From Adineta vaga (Eukaryota > Animalia > Rotifera), in assembly GCA_021613535.1 (NCBI GenBank), contig CP075495.1:124001-188000 (forward strand): a stretch of 64,000 nt of DNA, read 5' to 3'. Both the position numbers and the translations under genes were made by a program. The notes below the pieces were generated by a model. It saw only the letters and a program-made list of their open reading frames with translations, searched no databases and was not told the origin of the DNA. Below are positions 12,203-26,491 of this stretch, in pieces (position 1 is the stretch's first letter; every line of letters begins with the position of its first letter).

Positions 12203-15200
12203 CGGCCTTTCCAAATATAACGCGATGACGTTTTGTCCGCAATTTCTCAAATTTTTCTTGGTTATTGTGATATGTAGGAAGGTCGTTCTTTCATTGGAAG
12301 ATACATCGCTTCGGCCCTCTATGCTACTGAAAGTACGAGCTAATTTGAATAAAGTATCTGAAAACTGCAAGGAAAATAGTTGAACAAACGCGATGATGGA
12401 ATAGGGACAAGAAATCGAGGGTGATCTCTTCACGCTTTATTTTTCTGCGCATGTGTACATTATTCAGGAAAATGTTTGTCAGACATTTAGTAGAGGACAC
12501 TTTAAGCTACTCGATAAAACAACCAAAATATCAAATCGAAGTACTACTAGTATTATAAACCGTTTTCATGAATGTAACGCGATGATGGTTTCGTTACGCG
12601 ATGACACTAGCTTTTATTAAAAAAGATTTTTTACCTTTTTGTCTCACTAAATAACTAAAAACTTAGAGACAGGATCATATTTAATTTTCATTAGTGATAG
12701 TTAGCAGATGTGAAGTCTTCTATTTATTAACTGTTTTCAATAATAAAACAAAAAAAACAAATCATGTTGAATTATATCGTGAGTAATAAGCATAAAAAAC
12801 TATAGAAGAAAGGAAAAGCTTTTCATTCTTTTAATAAACACAGCTATAATATATAATTCTTATTATCATCCATAGTAATAATGAATAAGATAAAATAGAA
12901 GAACAAAATATGGCATGATAACAATATAGTCTTACAATATAAATAAAATATTTCATAAAAAAGGAAAAGTTTTCATCTAATATACACAAGTACCAATTGT
13001 AGTTCTCAAAATCGATGAGCTTTTGTCGTTTTACTATTTGCATAATATTGATATTCAATTGAATTATTTGTAATCACTTTAACTGAATGTATTTTTTTCG
13101 TTTCTGGTACTGGTTTCAATGATTGAAATACTTGTTCCATTTGGGCCTTTGAATTATCAATACGATATTGTTCTACTTCAGCAAATTCGATTGTATCTGT
13201 TTTCGATCGAGCAATATTTATAAAGTCAGCAGCAGATTCACATTTTGTCCACTTAAAGTAGCACGATATACAAGACGTTTAGCCGAACCTTCTAATCCAT
13301 CTACAACCCCCTTTCCGTGGGAGGTTGCAAAATAATTCCAAGATAATCCAATCTAAAATAATCAAAGAATATTACGGTATAATATTTATTCAAAAAGTGA
13401 CTTCAGCACCTACTTGAAATTGTTCAGCTAAACGACAAGTTTCTAAACAAGAATTTTTGCTTGAACTGTTGTGCAGCTCCATCAGAAAACATATGAACTT
13501 GTTTCAAGTGTTGGAATTTGGCTTTAAGTTTGGTAAATAAAAGATCCATTGTTGCACTGATACAGTATTTATCATGTGACACATTATTTGAAATAAAAAC
13601 GAATGAAGAACCACCACCCGAATGCCATGCATAGCAGGTAAAAAGTGAAACAGCATGATTAGTATAAAAATATCCTTGTACTGCATCTTGAACATTAATC
13701 TTGAAATTCTCGCTATAATCAACTTGAATAGTAATAGATTCATCATCTGATTGTAATTTCAATGTTTCAAAATGTGCTGCTTGTCTTCTCTTGATGAAAA
13801 CATGAATCAAGAACGATGGTAATTGTTCTTTCAATGTTCTCAAGCATTTCTGTACAGTATCTTCAAATTCTTGTTTTTTCAAATATCCGTTAGAAGATAT
13901 CCATTGAAACCATTGAATTTTTTGTGTTAGATTATTCACGTTGTTCTGAATTTTAATATTAAAATTATTATTACACAGTAAACAATGACCAAACATACAA
14001 TCTTCATTTTCTTCATCACACACAAGTGCTGTCACAAATGCTTGAATTGTACTTAAATCAATAGAATTAACATATTTGACCAGTGTTTTCAGTAATAAAT
14101 TGATGTTCTCGTGATGGGAACAAACGCAGCTACGATGAGACATATGTGAATTGAATAAGACATTCAATGGACGTAAATTACCAAATGAATTTACTGATAA
14201 AGACGATCTTGTAATATTGTTGTCATGGCCTTCAGCCATGATAACACATGAGTCAAGGAATTCGTGAGTCATGTGTATATGGATCGGATGCTTTGAGTTA
14301 TGTACATGTGATCACAGATAGTATATAAAAGCAGTATCTTCTACTTGTTTGTGTGTGTTCCATCTCATTCTCATCATGCAATAAACTCACTCCTCTCACA
14401 ATTGTTATCAGATAAGAATAATTCGTATGTTTCTTGGGTGGTGTTTAATAGAATTCTTTTCTGTAATGTTAATTTTTCACCATTACCACCTTTCACTGTG
14501 ATGCAATCTCTTTTACCAGGCATCTGGTAGCTGATATCATCACGTCCATAAAATTCAATGATAGATTCTCTTAATTTAATTGGAAGTTGTCGTTGTGGAC
14601 GTTCATGTTGATTTCTTGTTTTAGGAATAATTTCAAGGGATTGTGCTAAATGACGAACTAAATCAATACGTTTATTTGTGTCTTTTGGTAATGGCTGTTC
14701 AACACGCTTAATTGCTTTGCCAAACGATTGACGACTTTTATAAGTTGATGATTGTCCATTATTTAAACGTTTTGATTTTAAACTATTACGATATTTTTTT
14801 GCTGCTCGTTTTTGTCGAAGGCGAAGTTCTTCTAATGCACCACCTTGTAAGTGTTTACGTCTCGCATTATCTCGTATATGAGATTTCTGTTTTGTTTGTT
14901 CGAATTTCACTTTATCTTTTGATAGGTTTGCACGATAAAGCTTTTGCCTTTCAGCATTAGATTTGGCCATTTCTTTCAACTTTTAGAGTTCTAATGAGCA
15001 AATACTTCGTGATAAATTTTAAATTAATAGTAATGGTTGTATGAAAACTACTTCCAGATGTTCGTTTTAGAAAGTATAGAGATTAAAATTATCTTTAGAA
15101 TAAAACGTGATCCGTTTTTAAAAAAATTGAATTTTGATTGGTAGCTATAGTTGTAATCGAGCTTTATTCGCCCAAACCAATCAAAAATTTTCTGATAAGA

Positions 15201-15519
15201 ATTTTAATCACAAGTATTTAATTATAAAAATCACCAACTTGAAGATTACGTCGAATTTAAGTGATAAACCATCGCTTAAAACCTGTTTTTTTATTACTAT
15301 GAAAAATTACGAAATCGATAAAAAACGTCATCGCGTTACATAAAATTATTTTATAAAGAAACTTTTTCTCATACAAATATGTGCATTAGATAGCCCATAA
15401 AAAATTAGCTTTAAACATTTTATTTTTGCGAAATATAGTCCACTAAGAAAGCTAGAAAAAAAACAATACTCAATTTTTGTTACGCGATGACGTTTACCAA
15501 CATGACAGTTTCATTCTCA
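12203..15519 (-). mobile_element. Sola-type (HGK motif, Sola2-like) DNA transposon, degenerate; right TIR not found
   Basis: Begins at the LTR breakpoint. Subterminal motif acgcgatga recurs at about 12220, 12388, 12577, 12596, 15482 and inverted at ~15328, bracketing a transposase. Confidence 0.65.
13075..14979 (-). pseudogene. Sola-type DDD transposase, frameshifted
   Basis: DISYQMPGKRD, CVCSHHENINL, VDYSENF, SDGAAQQFKQKF and, after an intron, FATSHGKGVVDGLEGSAKRL (~13275-13335). Confidence 0.8.
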
Positions 15520-16220
15520 CCCCGGTAGAAAAGTAAAAGACATACGAAATCAATCGTTTCGCTAACTGATACTCCTAATGTCACATACTTTTTTCGTCTT
15601 AGTCAGTATTGTATATATTGAGTTGCTAGGATACAACAGCCAGTTAATTATATGACTCGAATTGAGAAGTTTTCATCATCTACTAGCGACATCTCTATAG
15701 TAGTTTACCAAATGAGATTTAAATCGCATATTAATCGAACAGAATATGTTTTTGTACACTTCAAGATGTGCTCTACAAAATGAGAATAGTCAGTTGCGGA
15801 ATCGATGATATCAAACTTCCGGTCAGTCAGTTAACGCGTTACGTGGAAAAGCCGAGATACATATCCATATATAAGTATTTCTCCTTAGAATATAGTTCAT
15901 TATCATGTCTGCTATCCGAAAAACAACATCTCGATTCAATCAGAGACTAGCACAATCATATCGACGACATATAGCCTTAGAGTCAATAATAAATAATCTC
16001 ACGTAAGTTCTATATTGAAGCAAATAGTAAAATATTGTTTTCATTTTTAATTTCAAGTTATGCTGATGCTTCAATTTCAACATCTCCACCATGATCTCCA
16101 CCAACTTCTTTCCCTAATATCATTCCTTTATCAAATTCATTACCACTTGCAATAGAGAGCAATCGTTCATCTATTTCTAGAACACGTACTGATTCTATTT
16201 CATCTCATTCGTCATTACAA

Positions 16221-17054
16221 TTGCAATATTCTTCAAGCTCTGAAAATAACATTAATATTTATTCAACTGATGTCGAAGAATTCAATTCACTTCATATTGA
16301 TAGTGCAGGAGATGCAAATATTCAATTGCAAACCGCTGAAAAACTAGAAGATATTGAAATAGCTTTAACTTCAAAAGAAATATCCGTTTTACTTATTCGA
16401 TTACGTTATTGTCACTCTTTAACAAGAGTGTGTATTGATCATGTTTGTGAGTTGCTGCAATTATTAAAGGTACCAAATGCTCCACTTAGTTTTAAAAATA
16501 TTGAAACATTGACACTTTGTGCATATCGATCAACTACATTCCCTAATAAGGCAATCATATGTCCTTCCTGCTATAAACCATCATCAAATCTCAAAATGTG
16601 TACAAGTACGACCAATTGCGATTTACAATCGGTATTCGTTCGAGCACCAACAGTAAATTATACTTTTGCATCTTGAACCTCAAATTAGATCAGTAATGGA
16701 ACGAAATTCAATAGTTAAAAGAAAATCCAACATATGTTCTATCTCGGATAGTACCGATGGTCTAGTATATGAAGATATACTTAAAAAGGAATCTCAGCCA
16801 TTTGTAACTTTATTGATGAATTCTGATGGTGGTTTGACGAAAGTAAGTTCAACATCTGTTTGGTTGACTACTTTTATTATTAATGAATTGCCACGAAGAT
16901 TACGATTTCTACCTGAAAATATGATAATAGGTATGATCTCATGCGGAGGAATGAAACCAAAGAAAGAGGAAATGTCTGTATTGTTGTTTGACCTTGTAAA
17001 AGAACTTCATCGGCTTGAAGAAGGTATTTCTCTATGTCTTAATCACATTAATGA
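16221..17054 (+). pseudogene. EnSpm/CACTA(CMC)-type transposase, 5' fragment, cut by element A
   Basis: CPSC zinc motif, LEPQI, DSTDGLVY, LLMNSDGG..SVW....INELP..LRF..ENMI. The frame ends ...NHINE and resumes DNIEQ at 29775. Confidence 0.8.
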
Positions 17055-18836
17055 GAGTTCATGGGGAATTTGATTTTGTGGCAAATTCAAATTTGATCGA
17101 AAATTTCGAAAAAATCAAATCGTAAATTAAGTTTAGTAATGAAATAGGTAGGCGACTTAACATTTCTGTTAAGCAAAAGTTTATTTACAATCAATTGTGA
17201 TTAACTAGAGAAATCAATATCGGTATAGTTGTATTTGTGTTCTTTGTAAAATAGGTGGTATAGTGGTATAGGTGGTCTTAGCAATATTAATGTTACTTCG
17301 GTTTCAGAGGTATATAGTTAGAATGTTTTTTTAGCAGATTCTAGTGGTACACAATTTATATCCGTGATATTTTATTGAATATACGATTTTTAAGATAGCT
17401 ATGTAATTATAGACAGTAAAGCGTGAGTGAAAATGAGCTCCTTACTGAGGTTAGAGACGTTGTACGAATAATAATTATCTTGATGTATACGATGTCAATA
17501 GTTGAATTGCTTGTAAAGTGGAAAGTACATCACTAGGAAAAAATACTTGTTTTGTGAGAATGAAATGTTCTGATAGATCATGGTTGTGTTGATCGGATTT
17601 TAATAGTTGAATCGATTTAACCAAGTACATTATTAGTTTTATGTTTTTAACGTGGGTTTTGATTGAATTCAACGGTATTCTGCTCATCTGTATTCAAGAG
17701 GAAGTATTCGATTTAAATCGTACGCTTTGTCTTATTTTTCCTGCCGTATATAAATTTAAATGAAAATATCTACATAAGCGATAGATATAGAGAGTGATTC
17801 TATACGTGTCAGACAGAAACGTATTGCGGATTTTTTTGTATCAACGTTTCAATTCAGATGCCTTCTTATAGAAAGTTTTGCTCGTTGATGTAAGTGGTGA
17901 TGAAGCTAAACGATATACTCGAAATTATTTCACAAAGAAGCTTATACAAATATTTTAAAACGGATTATGGACACTTCAGTTAACGCTTTTCAGATGATTA
18001 TCGATTTTTGGATTGAAAATAAAAGAACTTCTACTATGATCATGTTGAGAACACAGTGTAAATGCCATTAGCTGTCATAATGACAGTTAATATATGAGGT
18101 TTTCGTATCATTTAGAATCCTCCAATAGTAAAATTGCAGATAGGTGAAAAGAATTATGAAAGATATCAATAGAAAGATTTTTATCAGCTCATATCATCTA
18201 ATAGATATTCAAATCTTCTTTATCGAACAATAAAACTAATAATTTAGATTGCATATTATGGCTCTTAAATGTATTTTTTGTAGTGACTACTTTTCATATA
18301 TAATACATATAATATACAATCAATACAATGATTTTATTATTTGTATTAAAATCAATTATAAAAGTATGATCTTTAATTGAAATTTCAGTTATTTCTTTAT
18401 TCGTTCGTTTATCGTACATATTATTATCATAACATCCATTAGGATACGTTACATAAGATAAAAAATTCCACGGCGTCATTTAATACTTATATGTTGATTT
18501 CCGGCGACATCTTTATACACATCAATTTTTGGTGCTAACGTTCAATGCATTAATAAAATTGTATTTTGAAAAGAAAAAATAATTTCTTGCTTTTTTCTAA
18601 ACAAATCTAGTCTTGAATAGATGCTTTTTTTTCCAACTTTTAGTTGGCTGGACTAGTAGAAGAGAGATACGTTCTTTGTTACGAACATTTTCTTTATTTC
18701 TATTGCCGTAATAAATAGTCCGTCGATTTCAATCCATTTTGTACATTATAATAAGAATACATTTGTCCAGGTCATTTCCATTATTCAGATAAAATTTCTT
18801 TGTTTTATTCGATCTATATAAATACCACAATTTTAA

Positions 18837-20405
18837 GAGACAGTCCATGACTGGATCGAGCACTGCCGTCATACAAAAATTTTTGACCCCCCTTTTTAAG
18901 TATCGCAAATGAAAGAGCATGAAAAAATATACATAAATCCAAAGTTTCAGCTTTTTTGAAGTTACCTTTATATGGATTTAAAGGTCAGCTTCTTCAGTAG
19001 GTCGATTTGATTATTTTTTATTTTTTTATTCTATGGCGGCTTAGTATTTGATTAATTTCTCATTCAAAAATTATTCAATTAATTTGAGCAATATGTCAAA
19101 CGATAGAGCGAATTGAGCTCTACAAAACTACATATTTAGAATATCTTCAAATTAGTTTAAAATATGACTATAAGTGAAAAACTGCCAAAAAACCACCAAA
19201 TTTTTTTTCAAAATTTGGAGTGGTTTTTTAGTGTTTTTACGATAAATTGGGCGGAAAAAAGTTCAGGCCGACAAAGATTTTTTATGGATTCGATAGAGCA
19301 AAAGAAACTGCACAAGATAGACCTAAAAAAGAACCCCAAAAACATGCGCATAGTACCTTAATTTAGCCCAAAAGATTAACAAAAATCATTATTTTTTAGC
19401 ATTTTTTAAGGATTTTCAGAGAAATATCTAGGATTTTGACTTTTTCCATCTTCAAGTACCTAAAACTTTATATACCATTAGATGCAGAATTAAAAACTGA
19501 ATCGTTTAGTGGTGGTGTGAAATCATTTTGTGAACTCTTTTTTTTCGTCAAAAATTTGCCTGAGGTATCCTCCCACCCAGGAGTGACGCAAAAAATGAAG
19601 TTCGGGATGAACCTTGTTTTACCACCGGCAAACAGCTCTAAGATGGTAAAACGATAGAAAGAAAGAAAATGACACACAGCTAAACAAATTTTTGACGAAA
19701 AAAAAGAGTTCACAAAATGATTTCACACCACCACTAAACGATTCAGTTTTTAATTCTGCATCTAATGGTATATAAAGTTTTAGGTACTTGAAGATGGAAA
19801 AAGTCAAAATCCTAGATATTTCTCTGAAAATCCTTAAAAAATGCTAAAAAATAATGATTTTTGTTAATCTTTTGGGCTAAATTAAGGTACTATGCGCATG
19901 TTTTTGGGGTTCTTTTTTAGGTCTATCTTGTGCAGTTTCTTTTGCTCTATCGAATCCATAAAAAATCTTTGTCGGCCTGAACTTTTTTCCGCCAATTTAT
20001 CGTAAAAACACTAAAAAACCACTCCAAATTTTGAAAAAAAATTTGGTGGTTTTTTGGCAGTTTTTCACTTATAGTCATATTTTAAACTAATTTGAAGATA
20101 TTCTAAATATGTAGTTTTGTAGAGCTCAATTCGCTCTATCGTTTGACATATTGCTCAAATTAATTGAATAATTTTTGAATGAGAAATTAATCAAATACTA
20201 AGCCGCCATAGAATAAAAAAATAAAAAATAATCAAATCGACCTACTGAAGAAGCTGACCTTTAAATCCATATAAAGGTAACTTCAAAAAAGCTGAAACTT
20301 TGGATTTATGTATATTTTTTCATGCTCTTTCATTTGCGATACTTAAAAAGGGGGGTCAAAAATTTTTGTATGACGGCAGTGCTCGATCCAGTCATGGACC
20401 GTCTC
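18837..20405. mobile_element. Non-autonomous foldback element with ~720-bp TIRs (Sola3- or Kolobok-like)
   Basis: 18837-~19558 is the near-perfect reverse complement of ~19686-20405. Ends are GAGAC...GTCTC, flanked by ttaa / tcaa. Confidence 0.85.
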
Positions 20406-20523
20406 TCAAATAATTCAAATGCATTTACAAGAATTAGTCTGTCTGGAAGATGTATTTCTATCTTTAAATTTCTAATTGTTTTTTTACTATTTAGATAAAA
20501 CAAATCTGATTTTATGATATTTT

Positions 20524-23500
20524 ATGGCAAACAATCGAGCATCATTCCATGCAATTCCTAATGATTTTGCATCAATTCTTGATACAAACTTCCAACAATT
20601 AAATTCATTATCGAATTTTGATGTTGAATTTCTTGATAAAGAGGATGATTGGTATCTACTGTGTTTTTTAAAAGAACAACAAAGTAATGGTCATCCTTAT
20701 GAAGTAACATTTGCTGGTTTGAATTCCATCATTGGTACATTATCTGATGAATCGTGTTTTTATAATCCAGTTAATAACAGTATTGGTTTCTAGAATCAAA
20801 ATCACCATTTGTTAGGTGAAAGTGGTATGTGTAATTTTCCTTCAAAATTCAACTAGACGTGTATATTTCTAATGACTTCTAAAAACTCTGCATAACTTCG
20901 AATAGAAATCATATGTTGAGAAATAAAATTAGATATTTCTACATTATTCGTCTTGAATGATATTCTGTTAATAACAAATAATTCAGTGATGACTTTTTTT
21001 CACGAAAAATCTTGCCGAAAGTTATCTTTTGATTGATTATATTTTAGTACTAACAATCATTCTTTACTTTAGCGTCCAACAAAAGTTCAATCTGCCAAGA
21101 AGTGTCAGCTGCTTTACAAAGTGTTATTAACTCATTTCCCGATCGATATTCGTCTGCAAAACAAAATTTAAACAATGAAAATGATGATAATGATCGCAAC
21201 ATTCATCTGGAGAAAAATAAAAACAAATCACAAGAATTAGAATATTCGTTGGTGGTTTCCAATACAACAGAAGTAGCATTACTTACAAATTTAGCAAAAA
21301 TTAATACTATCCTGTTACATTCGGATGGAGATGTTGCACTTGGTAAACTAGGTTACTATGAACAAGGTAAAAATGAAACATCCGATGGTGTAAGTTTATT
21401 TTGTGACGCTTCCGACGGTATTCGTGGTGGTTTTATTCGAGGAACAGGTGTATCACAAATAAAAATCAACCGACCAGTAGCACTTTTTAATATGTTTGTT
21501 GCAAGTACTGGTACAAAATTAACTTCAATGCTTCAACGTTTTCATGAAACAAGAATTCAAGATGGTGTTTTTGCACGTGTCTTCTTTACATGGTGTCAGT
21601 CTATTAATGAATTACCAAAAATCAAATCAAAATCCTTTACACATATTCCTTCATTTTCTCATTTCGCACATTCAGTTGCTTATTTTTTTAACAATCAATT
21701 TCAATTTCGTTACATGGCAAATAAATCTGATGTTAGTGAAATCAATTCAGAGTGTGAATATCATTTCATATTTTGATCATAAGTATCAAACATAAGGATT
21801 CCATAACTTTTCAAATCTGTTGAGATTCCTTTTGAACAGCGTATGATATTCTTCACAATCTTCTTTCTATGAGTTAGTTGCTCATTTTTATCCACAAATA
21901 TGTGTTATTGAGTGTTTCGTTTTTTTTCACATATAGGTATCGATTATGAAGAACGTTTATTAGAAGAACTGAAAAAACAAAACGTTACAACACCAGCAAC
22001 ATATGCTGCTTCTTTGACCAGTAGTGATGTTCGAGAGGATGATTATTATGATAGTCAAAACCACAAACGTGATACTTCTTCTTTCAAGCTTCTGGCATCT
22101 TTAATCAATGATTGGTGCAAATCATCAAATTCTTCTGAAAAACATTTAAAATCAATTTATCGTAAAGTTGTGAACATGTTATCAAAATGCATTTGGTCAA
22201 TGAAAGTTATTCGTATTATATTTCGATTAATGAGCAAGAACTTGAAGTACATCGATCAAAAACAAGGTGATCGATCAGCATCCAATTTGGTTTCGATTCA
22301 TGTATCATTTCAACATGCTATGGAAAGAACAATAAACAATTTTTTATTGGCTGAGTGCCAGCGAATTGATCATTCTAAATGGATCATATGGTCAGATACC
22401 AATGACGTTACTGTGGGTTTTACTTGGTATCAACGTAAAATGCTAGTTGTTGAAAATTTGCTCACACTGCAACCATTGAAAGATGTTATTAACGAACGAT
22501 TAGGGAAAAAAACAACTGAAAAGTTAGTTCATGTTATTCTACAGACTAATGAAGAAACAAATTCATACATTATTTTCATTTAGAAATCAAACGGATTATA
22601 AATTGGACAAGGCCAAAACAAAAATAATGAATTTTTCAGTTGTTTTTTTTACTTGAACATATTTAACCAATAAACGACAAGATGCAGGATCAGGACAGTT
22701 TTGCCACTCTTGTGATGTAAAGCCAGATGAAATCTTGACTGCTTTAATCGACGATGGTTTATTGATTGGTGGAAATTTTATTAAAAGTGGTCGTTCTAGC
22801 AAAGAAGGTTTACAGTATTCATCTTTCTGTAAACAGTTACCGTCAACAATTAAAAATAATCCTCGCATTCAACAAACGTTTGAAGTAAATATTACCAGAT
22901 TTCATTCTATTGAAACATCCGTAACCGAGAATAAATTCAAGACTAAAAAAATTCATTCTAATGTCTTTATATAATGAATACAATTCTATGGATATTTTCA
23001 TAATCGAGACTTAAAAATGAAAACTAAATCAGAGCACATTAACAGATAAAAATATATGAACGCATACCGATCATAATTAAAATAATGTTTCTTTTTGATT
23101 TAGCGATTAGGTTTGGACATGTCACGTTATGAAAAATCATTTGAACGTCAATATTTACCAATGGGTAACGAATTTACTAAAGAAGCTATTGAATTCATGA
23201 AAAACAATGATGGCTTTGTTCAATATTATCATAACTATTATAAAGAAGATCAATGTTTTCAATCATTCTGAGAAATGGTACACGAACGTGTCCGTCTGGG
23301 CGAAATCATACCAGATAAAAGTTCGTATAAATTTACATACATCATGAATTCTCATTTTCATCCGTGGATCTTTTTATTTTGTGTTTTCTCGTAGATAATT
23401 CATATTCAAGTGGTCATGTACTCGCCAATAACCAACAAAATGAACATATTCAAAAGGAGAGTATGATTGAATTGGACAATACTCCTTTAAATATCATGAA

Positions 23501-25581
23501 AAATACAACAAATATAATTAGTACTGCTTACTGTGCTGAAACCAACAATGGTATTACTTCATAATTTATGACAGGTAATAAACTACGATAATAATATTAT
23601 CTATATCCTTGTTTAGATCAACAAATCCAACCAAATGTTGAAGAACCTCATATTGATTATAATTCAGTTAATATTTATAATACAACAGGAAATGAACATC
23701 ATAGTTTAACATCGGCAAATTTGACAAAAAATATTGCTGGTTCCAATAAACAAATGCCGGCAGCAAATGATACATTAGATTCTGTTTATGACAATTCCAC
23801 AAACGAACCATCTATGGAATGTAAGTGAATAGGAAATATTTATTTCATTTGTTTATAAACTTAATTTGACAAAATAAATGATTTTCTTCTTTTCAAACTT
23901 TTGTATTTGCATAGATTCTTTTCAACATTGTTCGCTTTCTCCATTTACATCTAAAACAACAGCGTCATCGATTATCATTGGTGTTGCAGCAGCTTCAGGT
24001 GATTTTTCTGTTCTATTGTTTGAAATAATAAAAAGAACGTTCTGTTAAAATCAATCAGAGAATAGAATGATGAACTACATTGCTAGTGTTCATACAAAAG
24101 ATCAAAACTGTTTATAGTATTACTACTGTGGAACATATTCGTTTATCTTTTGATTCTTTAGTTGCAAAAAAAAATCAAATTACTACCAATGATGAACAGC
24201 TTGAATATGATGAGCCATTTGATTCAATTGCCATGGCTGATAAATCAAGTGAAAATGAATTCGTTAACAATTCAATATCAACCGGTGAGTTTTATTCTAC
24301 CATTTTTCAAAGAAACACTCTCTGTTTTTCTATTTTCTTATAGATGACCAAAATCCAACAGATCAACGCATGTTTCCGAATATAAATGTATTGGATAATA
24401 TTACAAATATTATGGGCACATCTTCAACAAGTATTTTACAACATCACACTGAACGCTTTTTGATTGAGATCTGGATATTTAGATTCTAACGATCAAGATA
24501 TTCCAAAAAGAAAAGGACGTGGTCGTCCAAGCTCAACAAATGTAACATCGAAGAAATGGTCCACAGAAGGTAAAAGGTTTTACTGTGAATTTATTGATGA
24601 GCGTCGATGAAGCGAAGTAATTCAAAACAATCGAATACACCTCTTCATTAATGATATTCTAAGAGAACTTCCATAAAAGTTCAATTAAAATTTTCCTATG
24701 AATAGAAGTAACGTAAGAAAAATTGTGTCAAATTTAGACAGCTACTGAAAATGATAAAGATATAGTTTTAATAAATGAATAAATGATTGAGAAAATTTTC
24801 ATTTGACTTTAGTTTGAGACACTCCTATATCCGTTATTATATAAACAAATGTTGCAAAATGTTATGTATCTTTAGAAGTCAACAATCTTATTATGAATCC
24901 AAAATCTTCTTCCATATGGAAATCGATTATTCTGAAACGACAGTTTATTGTTGGTACATCGACTGATTTGTTCAAAATGATTCCTGCCAGACTTTTTGAT
25001 GAAAAGTCTCGGTTTAAACTAATTGATTTTCTTGTACTGAAAAAAATATTAATCAAAGGTGATTGGTTTCGTGATGCAAAAGGTGCTTCGATTAATGGCT
25101 TTTTGAAAGGAAGTCCAATTGATGCTCAAGTGGCGATCAGTTTAGTCGATTTTGGTATTGATATTCAAGAGTATAAACTTTCTTTAAATCCAAATTCAGA
25201 TACCAAACGACATATTGATGGGAAAATGATCAATCAATCGTATTTATTTAGCAATGTATTTTAAGAACAAATAAACAATGACGAATGGCTTAAACAGAAT
25301 ATGGAAATCAACGAAAGATTTATTTACTTTACAAGTGAATTAACTCAAACCACCTCTAATTATTGTAAGTGACAAATGTTGTTTAATTCGAAATTTAACA
25401 TTTATATACTGTTCTCTCTATAGAAACTGATCGATTTCAACAACAACGAAAAGAAAAGGCTCGACGAACGCTAACAAATAAGAGAAAAAAAGCTGAGGAA
25501 TTGCAAGAAGAAACTACAAATATATGTGGCACCGATATGCCAGTCAAACGTCAACGAAAACCAAAACTACGTGATGATTAG
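20524..25581 (+). pseudogene. AAA+ ATPase gene of element A (multi-exon, premature stops)
   Basis: Walker A LLGES-A|SNKS (intron 20825-21072), ILLHSDGD, LFCDASDG..FIRGTG, FVASTG, DGVFARVFF; AT-hook KGRGRPS (~24510-24535); basic tail. Stop at 20791 and others. Confidence 0.8.
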
Positions 25582-26491
25582 GATATGTATTCTTTTGATC
25601 TGAAATCAGCATCATGCACTTTTTTCTCTTAGTACACAATCTTTATTTATTATTTGATGAGTTTTCATTACTAAGCTGTGAAAATTGTTTTTATGTGTAA
25701 ATCTGTTTTCTACGATGACACATTCTTTTGTTCCTTTCACATTCAACTGAGTTTAATAAAATTCGTTTTGTTTTCTTTTTCTTTTTCTTTTTCTTTTTCT
25801 CGTGTAATTATTTGTCTGCTACAGATACGTTTTCTTTTTCTTTCGTGAACAAGTTCAGTATCTTTTAGTCCATAACTTTTCCATTTCTAACTATAGATAA
25901 TTTGTTTTTCACCTTTTCTTTTCTGAATATACTGTACTTCTTTTTTTGTGAATTATCTTCCCGGAAGATATCGAAACTTCTTAATGAATTCATTTGTATA
26001 TTTTCTGTGGTTTAATTTTACCAACGCAATTTCATTTTCTGAAAACATATCTTATGTTATTGTTCTCACAAGATTTGTAATTAATCATGATCATAAGAAA
26101 AACATGTAAATTACAACAATAAACTTTATTCTCAAGAATTCAAACTTAGTTTCTTTTGTACTAATCGGATGAGAAAATCATTCATAACAACGATTAGAAT
26201 TTTTGAAGGGATTTTTAAAAAATGTCTCGTATTTTTCATTAAAAGAATGTTGGTAAAGAATATTCATATTTTATCATTGAAAACTACAATCTCCTTTATT
26301 CTTTAAATCTTTGTACAACATTGTATTTTCTAGAATCACCGATAAATTTGATCCTTAGTTGAAATTTATCTATCAAAATCTCATCTATCAATTTTTTATA
26401 TCAACAGCCATTTGAAAATTCGAAGTATAACATAGAAATAGGATAATTTTTTTGTCCACTTTTTGCAATATTTTTATTTATTTTATCTCAG

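Noticed and set aside
4550-12433. Short antisense and overlapping ORFs inside the LTR element
   Set aside because: Shadow frames of gag, pol, ORF3 or low-complexity UTR sequence.
15520-15530. cccggtag as the CACTA left TIR
   Set aside because: Plausible, but no matching right end was found, so the element boundary is not called.
19164-19807. Duplicated ORFs (MTFSIFKYLK...) on opposite strands
   Set aside because: Artefacts of the long inverted repeat, with no protein motifs.
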